Numbered from the stretch's first letter, positions 1 to 9,900 are shown. The stretch is DNA of 14,681 bases from Octopus sinensis (GCF_006345805.1 NW_021825693.1:1-14681); one strand, 5' to 3'. Numbers and translations: made by a program. Notes: generated by a model from the letters alone, not told the origin.

Positions 1-21
1 ATGCATGTATTATGTATAAAT

Positions 22-22
<1 letters not shown>

Positions 23-115
<93 letters not shown>
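23..115. repeat. (TAGA)n tetranucleotide microsatellite
   Basis: Perfect TAGA array of about 23 units; abuts the 3' end of the minus-strand SINE that follows. Confidence 0.98.
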
Positions 116-453
116 CCTGCTACTGATGGTACTCCGTCAGTTACGACGATGAGTGCTCCAGTTGATGTGATCGATGGAACAGCCTTCTCTCGAAATTAAC
201 GTGTAAGTGGCTGAGCACTCGGTTGAGCACTCTACAAACAGCCGTATCCTTAATGTAGTTCTCGGGGAAATTCAGAAAGACACAGAATATGGCAAGGCAG
301 GCCCTTTGATATACGGGTGCAACTCATTTTTGCCAGCTGAATGGAGTGGAGATACAAGAAATAAAGTGTCTTGCTCAAGAACACAATGCACCACCGGGAA
401 TCGAACACAAGACCTTACAATCGTTAGCCGAACACCCTAGCCACTAAGCCACG
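116..453 (-). mobile_element. tRNA-derived SINE with CORE-like central domain
   Basis: Minus strand begins CGTGGCTTAGTGG (A box), then GTGTTCGATTCC (B box), then GTGTTCTTGAGCAAGACACTTTATTTC...CAGCTGGCAAAAATGAG, which resembles the MIR/CORE domain. Ends in the (TCTA)n tract. Has a 12-bp internal tandem duplication (209-220/221-232). Confidence 0.85.
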
Positions 454-1173
454 TTCCTAATTTATTTTACGAAGTGGATTTTTTTTTTCTTCATGGTTTT
501 GTATGAAATCTTTGCAGTTGGTTTGTAAAAAATAAATTTCACAATTTGTATCTATCTTCTGGAAGAAGTGATACTAGAGAGAATTATTCTCATTTAATTC
601 TAACAGGTGAACGTATTGACTTGTTCACCAAAAACTCGAAATTTTGACCGCTAGGTTTATACATCTTCAGTCAGACGGTATTATATTTTTGCTTAGGATT
701 AATGCATGCTATTTGAATGGTTATTTTAAGATTGTACAGTGCTATGGGTCGTGTTTTCTTTATCAATCCTCTATTTTTATTGAGAAATCCAAATAGATCG
801 AATAGGTTGCTCACTAATATTTTCCTCCTCGTAGTTCTGCTAAGTGATATAGTGCCTTGCAGCTGCACTTGTTATAGATGTACAGTGAACTGATAAGAAA
901 GTTTCATGCTTTTATGGTTAATGTAACAGTTAGAGTCGTAATGTTTACTACTCTAGGTGTTACACTCAAATTTGTCAAATTGCATTGGACATCCGCGTTT
1001 GGCTCACGTTCGCAGCTTTCTACGTTGCCATAACTGAAAACAAAGTTGTGCCTCGAGTCGACATAAGATATAGAGCAGATACTTTCATGGACGATATACT
1101 CGTCGTAATGGACGCACTGAAAGCTGTTAGTAAGCCAAATGACAGCAATGATAAATTAATTAACTGACGGACT

Positions 1174-1559
1174 TTTCTACTCTAGGCACAAGGCCTGTAA
1201 TTTCTGGGGAAGGGGCCAGTCGATTAGATCCACCCCAGTACGCAACTGGTACTTAATTTACTGGTACTTAATTTAAGTTGACCTCGGCGGAATTTGAACT
1301 CAGAACGTAAAGACAGCCGAAATACCTATTTCTTTACTACACACAAGGGGTCAAACACAGAGAGGACAAATAAGGACAGACAAACGGATTAAGTCGATTA
1401 TATCGACCCCAGTGCGTAACTGGTACTTATTTAATCAACCCCGAAAGGATGAAAGGCAAAGTTGACCCCGGCGGAATTTGAGCTTAGAACGTAGCGACAG
1501 GCGAAATACCGCTAAACATTTCGCCCGGCGTGCTAACGTTTCAGCCAGCTCTACCATTT
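1174..1559 (-). mobile_element. Dimeric tRNA-derived SINE flanked by a 15-bp TSD
   Basis: Two tandem monomers share GTTCTGAGTTCAAATTCCGCCGAGGTCAACTT and AAGTACCAGTTGCGTACTGGGGT-like blocks. Homologous to the monomer at 11606-11830. Flanks are ATTAACTGACGGACT (1159-1173) and ATTAACTGATGGACT (1560-1574). Confidence 0.9.
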
Positions 1560-1600
1560 ATTAACTGATGGACTGTTGAACCAATGAATGAACTGTGTGG

Positions 1601-1800
1601 TTGTTTGACCTGTTATAAATAACAACTAAATATCCCTTAAATGACAATCACACCGTATCATCTTTAAGAAACAAAGATACGTTTGATAATATGGTCCTAC
1701 TTGAATTATACCTGGAAATAATATTAGATGGTTACAGCTGGATTGTCTTTCTTCATGCTCCTCCTCAACAAAGTTCGGTTTGGGACTAAACACAATAATT
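1601..1800 (+). mobile_element. Old decayed dispersed repeat (probable SINE 3' part)
   Basis: GACCTGTTATAAATAACAACTAAATATCCCTTAAAT matches the sequence left of the mariner at about 3793-3828 at 24/36 positions by hand alignment. Its GATGGTTACAGCTGG... end resembles 4520-4600. Confidence 0.45.
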
Positions 1801-1879
1801 ATATAAATGCATTTTATTTGTTTATCGATCTTAATTATTATTTGGTTTGGTTTACCTACGTTTAAATGAAAGTATTTTA

Positions 1880-2415
1880 TAGTTCAGTTGATTGATTTCA
1901 CAGTTTGACTTATTGATTTCACAGTTCAAATTATTGATTTAATAGTTCAACTGATTGATTTTTAGAGTCCAGCTGACTGCTTTCACAATTCACCTGAGTC
2001 ATTTCACAGTTCAAAGAAGTGATTTGATAGTTCAAATTATTGATTTAATAATTCAAACGATTGATTTCAAGGTTCAACCGATTGATTTCATAGTTCAAAT
2101 TATCGATTTCACATTTTGATTTTACAGTTCAAATGAATGACTTCACAATTCAATTGATTGATTTCACAGTTCGATTAATTGATTTCATTGTTCGGCTAAT
2201 TGATAGCTGATTGATTTCACGTACCAGTTGATTGATTCCATAGTTCTATTGATTGATTTCACACTTCAACTATTTAATTTCACAGTGCTGTTGATTGATT
2301 TCATAGTTGAAATGATTGATTTCACAGTTCAAATTATTGATTTCACAGATCAAATGATTGATTTCACAGTTCAGCTAAATGATTTCATAGTTCAACTCAC
2401 TGATTTCACAGCTTA
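1880..2415. repeat. Degenerate 21-bp minisatellite, about 25 units, consensus ATTGATTTCACAGTTCAAATG
   Basis: ATTGATTTCA[C/T]AGTTCA recurs at 21-bp spacing. The ORF at 2228-2416 shows a 7-aa repeat (IDFTVQx). Confidence 0.93.
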
Positions 2416-2576
2416 AGTGACTCATTTCGCAGCCATATTTGCTTACTCGTTCTGTGCTGTCTGCGTTATCTAGTATGTACCTTAATTATTTAAGACGGAA
2501 AGATGTGATATGAAGTGGCATTTAACAGAGTCTCTTATTTTTTTGTTGACAAGTCAAGCAATGACATAGATATATT

Positions 2577-2587
2577 TTCTCTCACTT

Positions 2588-2624
<37 letters not shown>

Positions 2625-3138
2625 TTCGTACACATTTGCAGCTTTCTTCCAAGGAATCTAGTGCTCTTAGCTTAGTTTTTCCTTGGGGTTGGCCAGATTG
2701 GAGCAATCTCGAGTATAACCAGCCGAAATTGCAAAAATAATCTGGAACTCGACTAAGGAAAGAAAACTTCGAATGACCCGTCCGTGTTTTTTTCTTTTTT
2801 GTATCATCTGTCTGGATGTTTTGTTGTCCTTTTTTGTATTCCTTTATGCGTGTGTGTGTGTGTGTGTGTATGTGTCTGTGTGTGTACCTATTTATCTGTC
2901 TATCGATCTGGTCAGTAATCTCTATCACTGTATCTTTCTCATTCTCTGTCTCTATCTATCACTCTATCTACCTTCTTATTTATATCTCTCTGTCACTCTC
3001 TCTCTCACACTCTCATTCTCTCTCACTTTCTCTCACTCTTCTTCTCACTCTTTCACTCTATTTCTCACTCTCTCACTATAACTCTCTCTCTCTCTCTTTC
3101 TCTATTTCTATCTCTCTCTTTCTCTCTCTCTATTTCTA

Positions 3139-3182
<44 letters not shown>

Positions 3183-3201
3183 TCTCTCTCTCTCTCTCTC
3201 A
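2577..3201. repeat. (CT)n, (GT)n and degenerate CT-rich low-complexity field
   Basis: (CT)n at about 2590-2619 and 3100-3200, (GT)n at about 2850-2885. A non-repetitive island lies at about 2625-2800. Confidence 0.9.
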
Positions 3202-3830
3202 TTAGCATGATGCTGTCATTTGTCATTGTTGCATTGTTGTTATTATCACTTCTATTCTGCTCTACCGTCTCCTACTGCTTTTACTTCTTTGATTCTCAAT
3301 TCATTTTTACATTTTTGCCGATGATGTTAGTATTGCTTGTAGTGACACCTCCTTCGCCCACTTCTATCCATCATATCCTTGCTACCGTTGCTTTCTTGCC
3401 TCATCAGCGCCTTTCACAACACCACTATAGGCAGAAACTACATCACCACAGATAACCTATGTTTCTTTTTACTACAAAACAATCGATACTTTACGCAGCT
3501 TTCAAATACTATTGACAACACTATTGTTACTGCAACAACGACGGGACCTCTACATCACAGACGGCAAATATTTTCTGCGTGTCGAAAAGTTAATTTCTCT
3601 AATAATTCTGATTTTTAGTGTCACTTATATGTATTTTAATTGTAGATAATTGCTCTTCATAACACAATTTTGCAAGTCAATTTGCTTTGATGTTTTTTGT
3701 TTCAAAATCTATTACGTGTGATAAATGGCCTCAGTATGTCACGGCTAACGCGCATGCAACAGGTTCAACATAAATGCGCCACATACTAGTACGACTTGTC
3801 AGAGATGCTAGTTAAATTTCCCTCAAAATA

Positions 3831-4396
3831 TTGGGTTGTCTGGCAAGTTCGTGCCGATTTTTAAAGGAAAGAAAAAGGTCAATAAATACTTGCCATTTCA
3901 TTTTTAATCAACCTAATATGAACCATTTTGTTGGACAATGCGTCTCCATCTTTCCTTCAACTTGAAAATACTCTCTTCCCAGAATTGAGGTGGTTTCATG
4001 GCAAAGAATTCATCAAGGTATCTTTTTACGTCATCCAAGGAATTGAAGTTTTTACCATTAAGACTATTCTGCAGAGACCTGAATAAGTGGAAATCCGAAG
4101 GAGCAATATCTGGTGAATATGGAGGGTGGGGTAACACGTCCCAGCCAAGCTGTAGCAATTTTTGTCTGGTTCCCAAGGCATCGAGTGCCGAAAATGAACT
4201 TTCTCATCTTTTATTTTAAAGGGTTACAGAATTAACACAGGTTATAGAAACATAAATCTTTTTTCACGAAAAGATAGCTTAAACTGTGCTCTAAATGGAG
4301 GTGTAGTCAAATCCTATTTTCTGGACTCAGCCATGTTCTAAAAGAAGTTGATAGGTAACCTGCTATAAATCGACACGAACTTTCCGGACAACCCAA
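3831..4396 (-). mobile_element. Internally deleted (non-autonomous) mariner DNA transposon, 566 bp
   Basis: 30-bp TIRs at 3831-3860 and 4367-4396 with 3 mismatches. TA dinucleotides at 3829-3830 and 4397-4398. Carries a transposase C-terminus with the mariner motif HPPYSPDIAPSD. Confidence 0.97.
3907..4214 (-). pseudogene. Mariner transposase remnant: about 12 N-terminal codons fused out of frame to the C-terminal 88 codons
   Basis: N-terminal-like (I)KDEKVHFRHSM (4214-4179) joins with a frameshift to LGTRQKLLQLGWDVLPHPPYSPDIAPSDFHLFRSLQNSL...QQNGSY*VD*. The DNA-binding domain, WVPHEL motif and first two catalytic Asp are missing. Confidence 0.92.
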
Positions 4397-4456
4397 TAGC
4401 ACTCCGTGATTTAAAAAAAGAATATATGGAAGACTGTACAGAACATATTTTATCCC

Positions 4457-4499
4457 TTACTAGTTTCAGTCATTATACTGCAGCCATGCTGGGTCACCT
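4457..4499 (-). mobile_element. Short 3'-end fragment of the SINE family seen at 8803-9193
   Basis: TAGTTTCAGTCATTATACTGCAGCCATGCTGGGTCACC aligns with TTGTTTCAGTCATTTGACTGCGGCCATGCTGGAGCACC at about 8820-8858. Confidence 0.75.
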
Positions 4500-4907
4500 C
4501 TTTGTGCATTATTCTTGAAAAGAAACTGGATGGTCATCGCTTGCATACATGTGATCATAGGCTTCCTCGACGAAGACTTACAACAGACAAAACACTCACA
4601 ACAAAAACAACGACGAAGCCGATAGTTACACAACAACAACAAAACAAAAGCAACAATGGCGGCAACACTGTTGTGATATAGTACTCCAAAAATGTTCTTC
4701 AGGCGGCAATTTAAAAACGATTACTCTCCGACCAATATGGAGAAATGTTCGGAGTCCAGGTCATTTTCGGAGTTATTGACAAAGTCATAGCGTAAAAATA
4801 TTAGCACGAATTTCCCAATTTTCGTCGCTCAAATATTAAAATGAATTACTCCACATTACGGAACTTTGTAATGGACGTCGTTTCAGGTCGGAATCTAATA
4901 ATGATGA

Positions 4908-4943
4908 TGGTGAGAGGAGGGGTTTGATAATGATGATGATGTC

Positions 4944-4982
<39 letters not shown>

Positions 4983-5103
4983 GTGATGATGGTAATGATG
5001 GTGGTGGTGGTAGTGGTGGTGGTTGTGCTGGTGGTGCTGGTGGCGGTAGTACTGGTGGTGGTGGTGGTGGTGGTGGCGCTGCTGCTGCTACTGCTGCTGC
5101 TAC
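4908..5103. repeat. Compound trinucleotide microsatellite (GAT)n-(GGT)n-(GCT)n
   Basis: Read directly from the sequence; explains the poly-M/V/L ORF. Confidence 0.95.
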
Positions 5104-5130
5104 AGGGGTTAGTTTCCCCTCTTCATGAAT

Positions 5131-5240
5131 AAATTATTATTGTTGTTGTTGTTGTTGTTGCAGTTGTTTTTGTTGTTGCTGCTGTTGTTGTAGTTGTTAT
5201 TATTATGATGATTATTATTATCATTTATTGTTATTATTAC

Positions 5241-5291
<51 letters not shown>

Positions 5292-5292
5292 T
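5131..5292. repeat. (TTG)n/(TTA)n microsatellite
   Basis: Read directly from the sequence. Confidence 0.95.
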
Positions 5293-5489
5293 ACCATTTC
5301 TTGCATACTATTAATAACAATATGAAAATATATATAATAAAAAACGTGAGAAAAAAATAGCAAAGACGGAAGAAACAACGGGTGTGGTGTAGAAAGAAAG
5401 ATAGAAAATAAAGGTTGTAAAAACAGAATGAAAATGATAAAAAGAAAGAAAATGATTGATAAAAAAAAACAGGACGTTATGGAGGAGAA

Positions 5490-5531
5490 AGAAAGAAAGA
5501 ATGAAAGAAAGAAAGAAAGAAAGAAAGAAAG
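5490..5531. repeat. (GAAA)n microsatellite
   Basis: Read directly from the sequence. Confidence 0.9.
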
Positions 5532-5612
5532 AAGCGAAAAGGGTTATGAGATAGATTGCTTTCAATGTTTAGGGCTGATTGAGTGGTGCAGACGACAGAA
5601 AAAAAATGGTCT

Positions 5613-5646
5613 AAAATGGCGGCAGCCGAAGCCAATGGAGACGTCA
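5613..5646 (+). promoter_or_regulatory. Cluster of YY1 (AAAATGGCGGC), CCAAT (AGCCAATG) and CRE-like (GACGTCA) motifs
   Basis: Motifs at 5613-5623, 5630-5637 and 5640-5646, in a non-repetitive island between microsatellites. Motif match only. Confidence 0.3.
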
Positions 5647-5754
5647 CAAAGTTTCACACTAGAAATCAATGACTTGCATTGATTGCTGATCAAACGAATC
5701 GGCCTGCTTATATATTCCACATTAGGGTTGATCGATTGGTACAAAATATATGCT

Positions 5755-6117
5755 GACATGCATACATACATACACAGACCCACATAAACACATACAGGAA
5801 CACGTTCACTAACACACACACGCATACACATACACACATATAAATATACACACACATGTGCATAAATGCATACATGTAGAGATATAATGATGTACATATA
5901 TAAATACTTTATATAGATATATGTATCTGCGTACATATGCATATATACATGTGTACACACTCATACATCTATATATATATATGCATGTATGTATGTGTGT
6001 ATATATATATGTATATTATGTATATGTGTGTATATATATATGTATATTATGTATATGAGTGTATATATATATATTGCGAGTGTGTGTATATACATATGTG
6101 TGTGTATGTATATATAT

Positions 6118-6162
<45 letters not shown>

Positions 6163-6422
6163 CATATATATATACATACATATACATATATGTACATATA
6201 TGCACATATATACAATATATATACATCTGTGCATGTATGTGTGTGTATATATATATAGATATATATGTATATATGTGCGTATGCGTGTATGTGCATATAT
6301 AGAATTATATACTTTATATATGCATGTATATATATTTATACATGCATACTTATAGATACACACATACATATATATATGTATATATATATATTATATATAT
6401 GTATGTATATATGTATGTATAT

Positions 6423-6470
<48 letters not shown>

Positions 6471-6688
6471 CAGAATTGTGAATGGTTATGTGCACATGTG
6501 AGAGATAGTGTGTGAGAGAGAGACAAACAGAGAGAGTAAGGAGTTAGTGTGCCTGAGGATGGTCGGGTGTACAGCGATGTGGGGGGGGGGGCGGGGAAAG
6601 GCGAGAGAAAGGTCAGCAGCAGTGGGAATAATAACAACCACACTCTCATTCTCTTTATCTCTGCTCCCCTCTCTCTCCCTGTCTCCCT

Positions 6689-6724
<36 letters not shown>

Positions 6725-6730
6725 CTCTCA

Positions 6731-6766
<36 letters not shown>

Positions 6767-7101
6767 AACTATCTTTCATGCTTTATGTATATTTGTTTCT
6801 ATGTGATTCTGTGTGTATGTGCATGTGGGTATATATGAATGGATGTATGTGTGCACATCTATATATATCATATATATATGTGTGTGTGTGTGTGTGTATG
6901 TGTGTGTGTGCATGTATACATGTATATATACATGTATATGTGTGTGTGTTTAGAGTATATATATATATATATACACACATACATACATTCATACATACAT
7001 AGACACATACGTATACATACATATGTTTATATATATATATGTATATATAAGCAAATATACGTAAATGTATGTCTAAGTATATATTTCGATGTATGTGTGT
7101 G

Positions 7102-7160
<59 letters not shown>

Positions 7161-7196
7161 TATATATACACATATATATATATATATATATATATT
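5755..7196. repeat. Large degenerate (AT)n/(AC)n/(GT)n dinucleotide field with (CT)n and small unique islands
   Basis: Read directly from the sequence; source of the many poly-YI/CV ORFs. Confidence 0.95.
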
Positions 7197-7469
7197 CTCA
7201 AGCACAATCATGCATGCTGGCCTTCTCTCCTTTTTCCTCTCTCTCACTCTCCTTCCCTCTCTCTCTCTCTCTCTTTCAAATACATACACACGCACGCACA
7301 CACACTGCTTTTCCCTTTCTCCATCTTTTTTCCTCTCCCTCTCCTACCTCTCTCCCTCCCCCTCTCACGCTTTTTTATTCCTATTTCTCAAATCTTGTCT
7401 CTTACAATTTCCCCTTTGTGTCTTTGTTTCGTGATTTATTAAACTGTTTGGCATTTGCTATGTTGTTGT

Positions 7470-8115
7470 TGTTGGTGGTGGTGGTGTGCTGGTGGTGGTG
7501 CTGGTGCTGGTGGTGCTGGTGGGGTGGTGGTGGTGGTGGTGGTGACCTGGTGGTGGTGCTGGTGATGGTTGCTGGTGGTGCTGTGGTGGTGGTGGTGGTG
7601 GTGGTGACCTTGGTGGTGGTGCTGGTGGATGGTGCTGGTGGTGGTGGTGGTGGTGGTGGTGGTTGGTGGTGGTGGTGGACCTTGGTGGTGGTGCTGGTGG
7701 TGCTGGTGCTGGTGGTGCTGGTGGTGGTGTGGTGGTGGTGGTGGTGACCTTGGTGGTGTGCTGGTGGTGGTGGTGATGGTGCTGGTGGTGCTGGTGGTGG
7801 TGGTGGTGGTGGTGGTGACCTTGGTGGTGGTGCTGGTGATGGTGCTGGTGGTGCTGGTGGTGGTGGTGGTGGTGGTGGTGACCTTGGTGGTGGTGCTGGT
7901 GATGGTGCTGGTGGTGCTGGTGGTGGTGGTGGTGGTGGTGGTGGTGACCTTGGTGGTGGTGCTGGTGATGGTGCTGGTGGTGGTGGTGACCTTGGTGGTG
8001 GTACTGGTGGTGCTGATGGTGGTGCTGATGGTGCTGGTAGTAGTAGTAGTAGTAGTGGTGGTGGTGGTGGTGGTGGTGGTGGTAGTAGTGGTAGAGGAGG
8101 TGGAGGTGGTGGTGG
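7470..8115. repeat. (GGT)n-derived higher-order minisatellite with GACCT(T) anchors
   Basis: Anchors at 7544, 7606, 7678, 7746, 7817, 7880, 7946 and 7988. Unit approximates GACCTT GGTGGTGGT GCT GGT GAT GGT GCT GGT GGT GCT (GGT)n. Confidence 0.92.
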
Positions 8116-8129
8116 AAGAGATTTTTTTT

Positions 8130-8233
8130 TTTTGCGGTTGTTGTTGCTTTTGTTGTTGGTTGTGACGGTATTTGTGATCATCGTGATCCGTTTGTCATTA
8201 TTGTTCCTGGTAGAAATGCTGCTGCTGCTGCTG

Positions 8234-8266
<33 letters not shown>

Positions 8267-8800
8267 ATGGTCAAGATGGTAGAATTGTTCTTGTTGTTAT
8301 TGTTGATGCTCTTCATACAGTTCGTTATCATTTCTGTACATGTCTTTTTTCCTCCATGATTGTATATCTGTGCACTTATCATTTCTATTATTGTTGTTGT
8401 TGCTGTTGTTGCAATCGTTGCAATTATAGCAATTTCGACTGCAGTTGTTGCTATCTTTTCTTTGGTTCCTCTTGTTGTAGTTATTCTTGTTTGCTGCTGC
8501 AGCTGCTGCTGTTGTTGTTGTTGTTGTTGTTGTTGTTGTAGTTGTTATTGCTGCTACTGATGTTGTTGTTGCTATTTTTATTGTTGTTTTGTTGTAATTG
8601 TTGCTATTGTAGTTGATCTTGCTGTTACTGTTGTTGTAGTTGTTCTTGTTATTATTGCTACTGCTGCTGCTGTTCTTGTTGTTGCTGCAGTTGCTGTGAT
8701 TGTTCTTGTTGTTGCTGTCATTGTTGTTCTATGTGTTTTTGTTGTTGTTGTTGTTGTTGTAGTACTTGTTGTTGCTAAGGTTGCTATCTTGGTTTTGGCT
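8130..8800. repeat. Degenerate (TTG)/(CTG)/(TTA) trinucleotide low-complexity tract
   Basis: Read directly from the sequence. Confidence 0.9.
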
Positions 8801-8802
8801 CT

Positions 8803-9193
8803 CTCTTTTACTCTTTCACTTGTTTCAGTCATTTGACTGCGGCCATGCTGGAGCACCGCCTTTCGTCGAGCAAATCGACCCCAGGACTTATTCTTTGTAA
8901 GCCTAGTACTTATTCTAGCGGTCCCTTTTGCCGAACCGCTAAGTTACGGGAACGTAAACACACCAGCATCAGTTGTCAAGCGATGTTGGGCGGGGGGGGG
9001 AACACAGAAACACAAACATATATATAAACATATATACGACGGGCTTCTTTCAGTTTCCGTCCACCAAATCCACTCACAAGGCTTTGGTCGGCCCGAGGCT
9101 ATAGTAGAAGACACTTGCCCAAGGTGCCACGAAGTGGGACTGAACCCGGAACCATGTGGTTGGTAAGCAAACTACTTACCACACAGCCACCCC
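8803..9193 (-). mobile_element. Near full-length tRNA-derived SINE with CORE-like domain
   Basis: Minus strand: GTGGCTGTGTGG (A-box-like), GGTTCAGTCCC (B-box-like), GGCACCTTGGGCAAGTGTCTT (CORE-like), an internal (AT)/(GT) tract, and a 3' end TGACTGAAACAAGTGAAAGAGTAAAAGAG. Confidence 0.88.
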
Positions 9194-9199
9194 GGGCTG

Positions 9200-9900
9200 A
9201 TGACGTTTTTTGTTGCTATTGCCTCCTCTATCCCTTTTTTGTCGTTGATATTGTTTATCATGTTCGTTGACGTTGCTAATTGTCGTTATGTCATTACTTC
9301 TGCCGTTGTCGATGCAGTTTTCATTTTCCTCCTCCTGTTGCTATTGCTGGTATCTTTGTTGTTTATGTTGCAGTTATTTGTGTGACTGTTGCTATTGTGA
9401 TTTCTTTTTCGGCTGCATTTTGTTGCGATTGTCTTGGTTGCTAGTTTTATCCATTATCTTGTTATTATTGCCATTTTTGTGTTGTTGTTGCTATTGCTAC
9501 TGTTGTTCACATTTTCCTTATCTTTGCTGATGTTGCTATTTTACTGAATTCTGTTGCTGTTGTTGTTGATAGTGCTGCTGCTGATGGAATTATTGTGATT
9601 GCTGAAGTTTTTAACAACAATGTTACGGTTTTGTCATTGTTGACGTTATCATCATCGTCGTCGTCATCGTCGTTGTTGTTGTTGTTGTTGTTGTTGCTTT
9701 TGTTTTTGCTGTTGTCGTTTTTGTCGTTGTTTTGTTCTTGTTTTTGTTCTTGCTGCTTTCTCGCAACGCGACTAGTTTATAAAGGAATGTGTACAGAACT
9801 TGTCAAGACCGCCCAGTTTATCTGCTGCTGTTGATGATGATGATGATGATGACGATTATGATGCTAATGCTGCTGATATTGCTGTTGTTACTGCTGTCTT
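9200..9900. repeat. Degenerate (TTG)/(GAT)/(TCG) trinucleotide low-complexity tract
   Basis: Read directly from the sequence. Confidence 0.88.

Noticed and set aside
671-868. 65-aa minus-strand ORF
   Set aside because: Non-ATG start, no recognisable motif or convincing splice signals; length is compatible with chance.
1084-1104. FMDDILV resembling the reverse-transcriptase [Y/F]xDD motif
   Set aside because: No upstream QG/PQG motif or any other RT motif in frame; likely chance.
1126-1132. Perfect TACTAAC branch-point word on the minus strand
   Set aside because: Only about 10 nt from the candidate AG, with another AG immediately after it; the spacing is non-canonical.
2625-2800. Unique-looking island within ORF 2554-2928, possibly a retroelement 3' end
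   Set aside because: No recognisable motif in any frame and no second copy in the window; cannot be supported without a search.
3380-3412. CTGATGA...GAAA on the minus strand as another hammerhead
   Set aside because: Only 5 nt between the two core boxes; stem II cannot form.
3207-3618. Hydrophobic 82-aa and 79-aa ORFs
   Set aside because: Derived from degenerate TTG/CTT/CAT low-complexity sequence; no domain signal.
4555-4700. Apparent transmembrane exon on the minus strand (VAAIVAFVLLLLCNYRLRRCFCCECFVC or YYITTVLPPLLLLF...) with a GTAAGT donor at 4577-4582
   Set aside because: Two different frames both look transmembrane because the DNA is a degenerate (TTG/GTT) tract, probably the tail of an old repeat. 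Upstream frames contain stops, and the nAChR-like words LKRRPL and DENWEI are separated by stops.
5562-7434. Numerous 77-172-aa ORFs rich in Y/I/C/V/H/T
   Set aside because: Translations of (AT)n/(GT)n/(AC)n dinucleotide arrays.
7402-8382. 326-aa proline-rich, extensin-like ORF on the minus strand (and the 302-aa and 178-aa plus-strand ORFs)
   Set aside because: Made entirely of trinucleotide repeats that lack stops in most frames; the repeat phase shifts several times (PPP to HHH to TTT), so no consistent protein is maintained.
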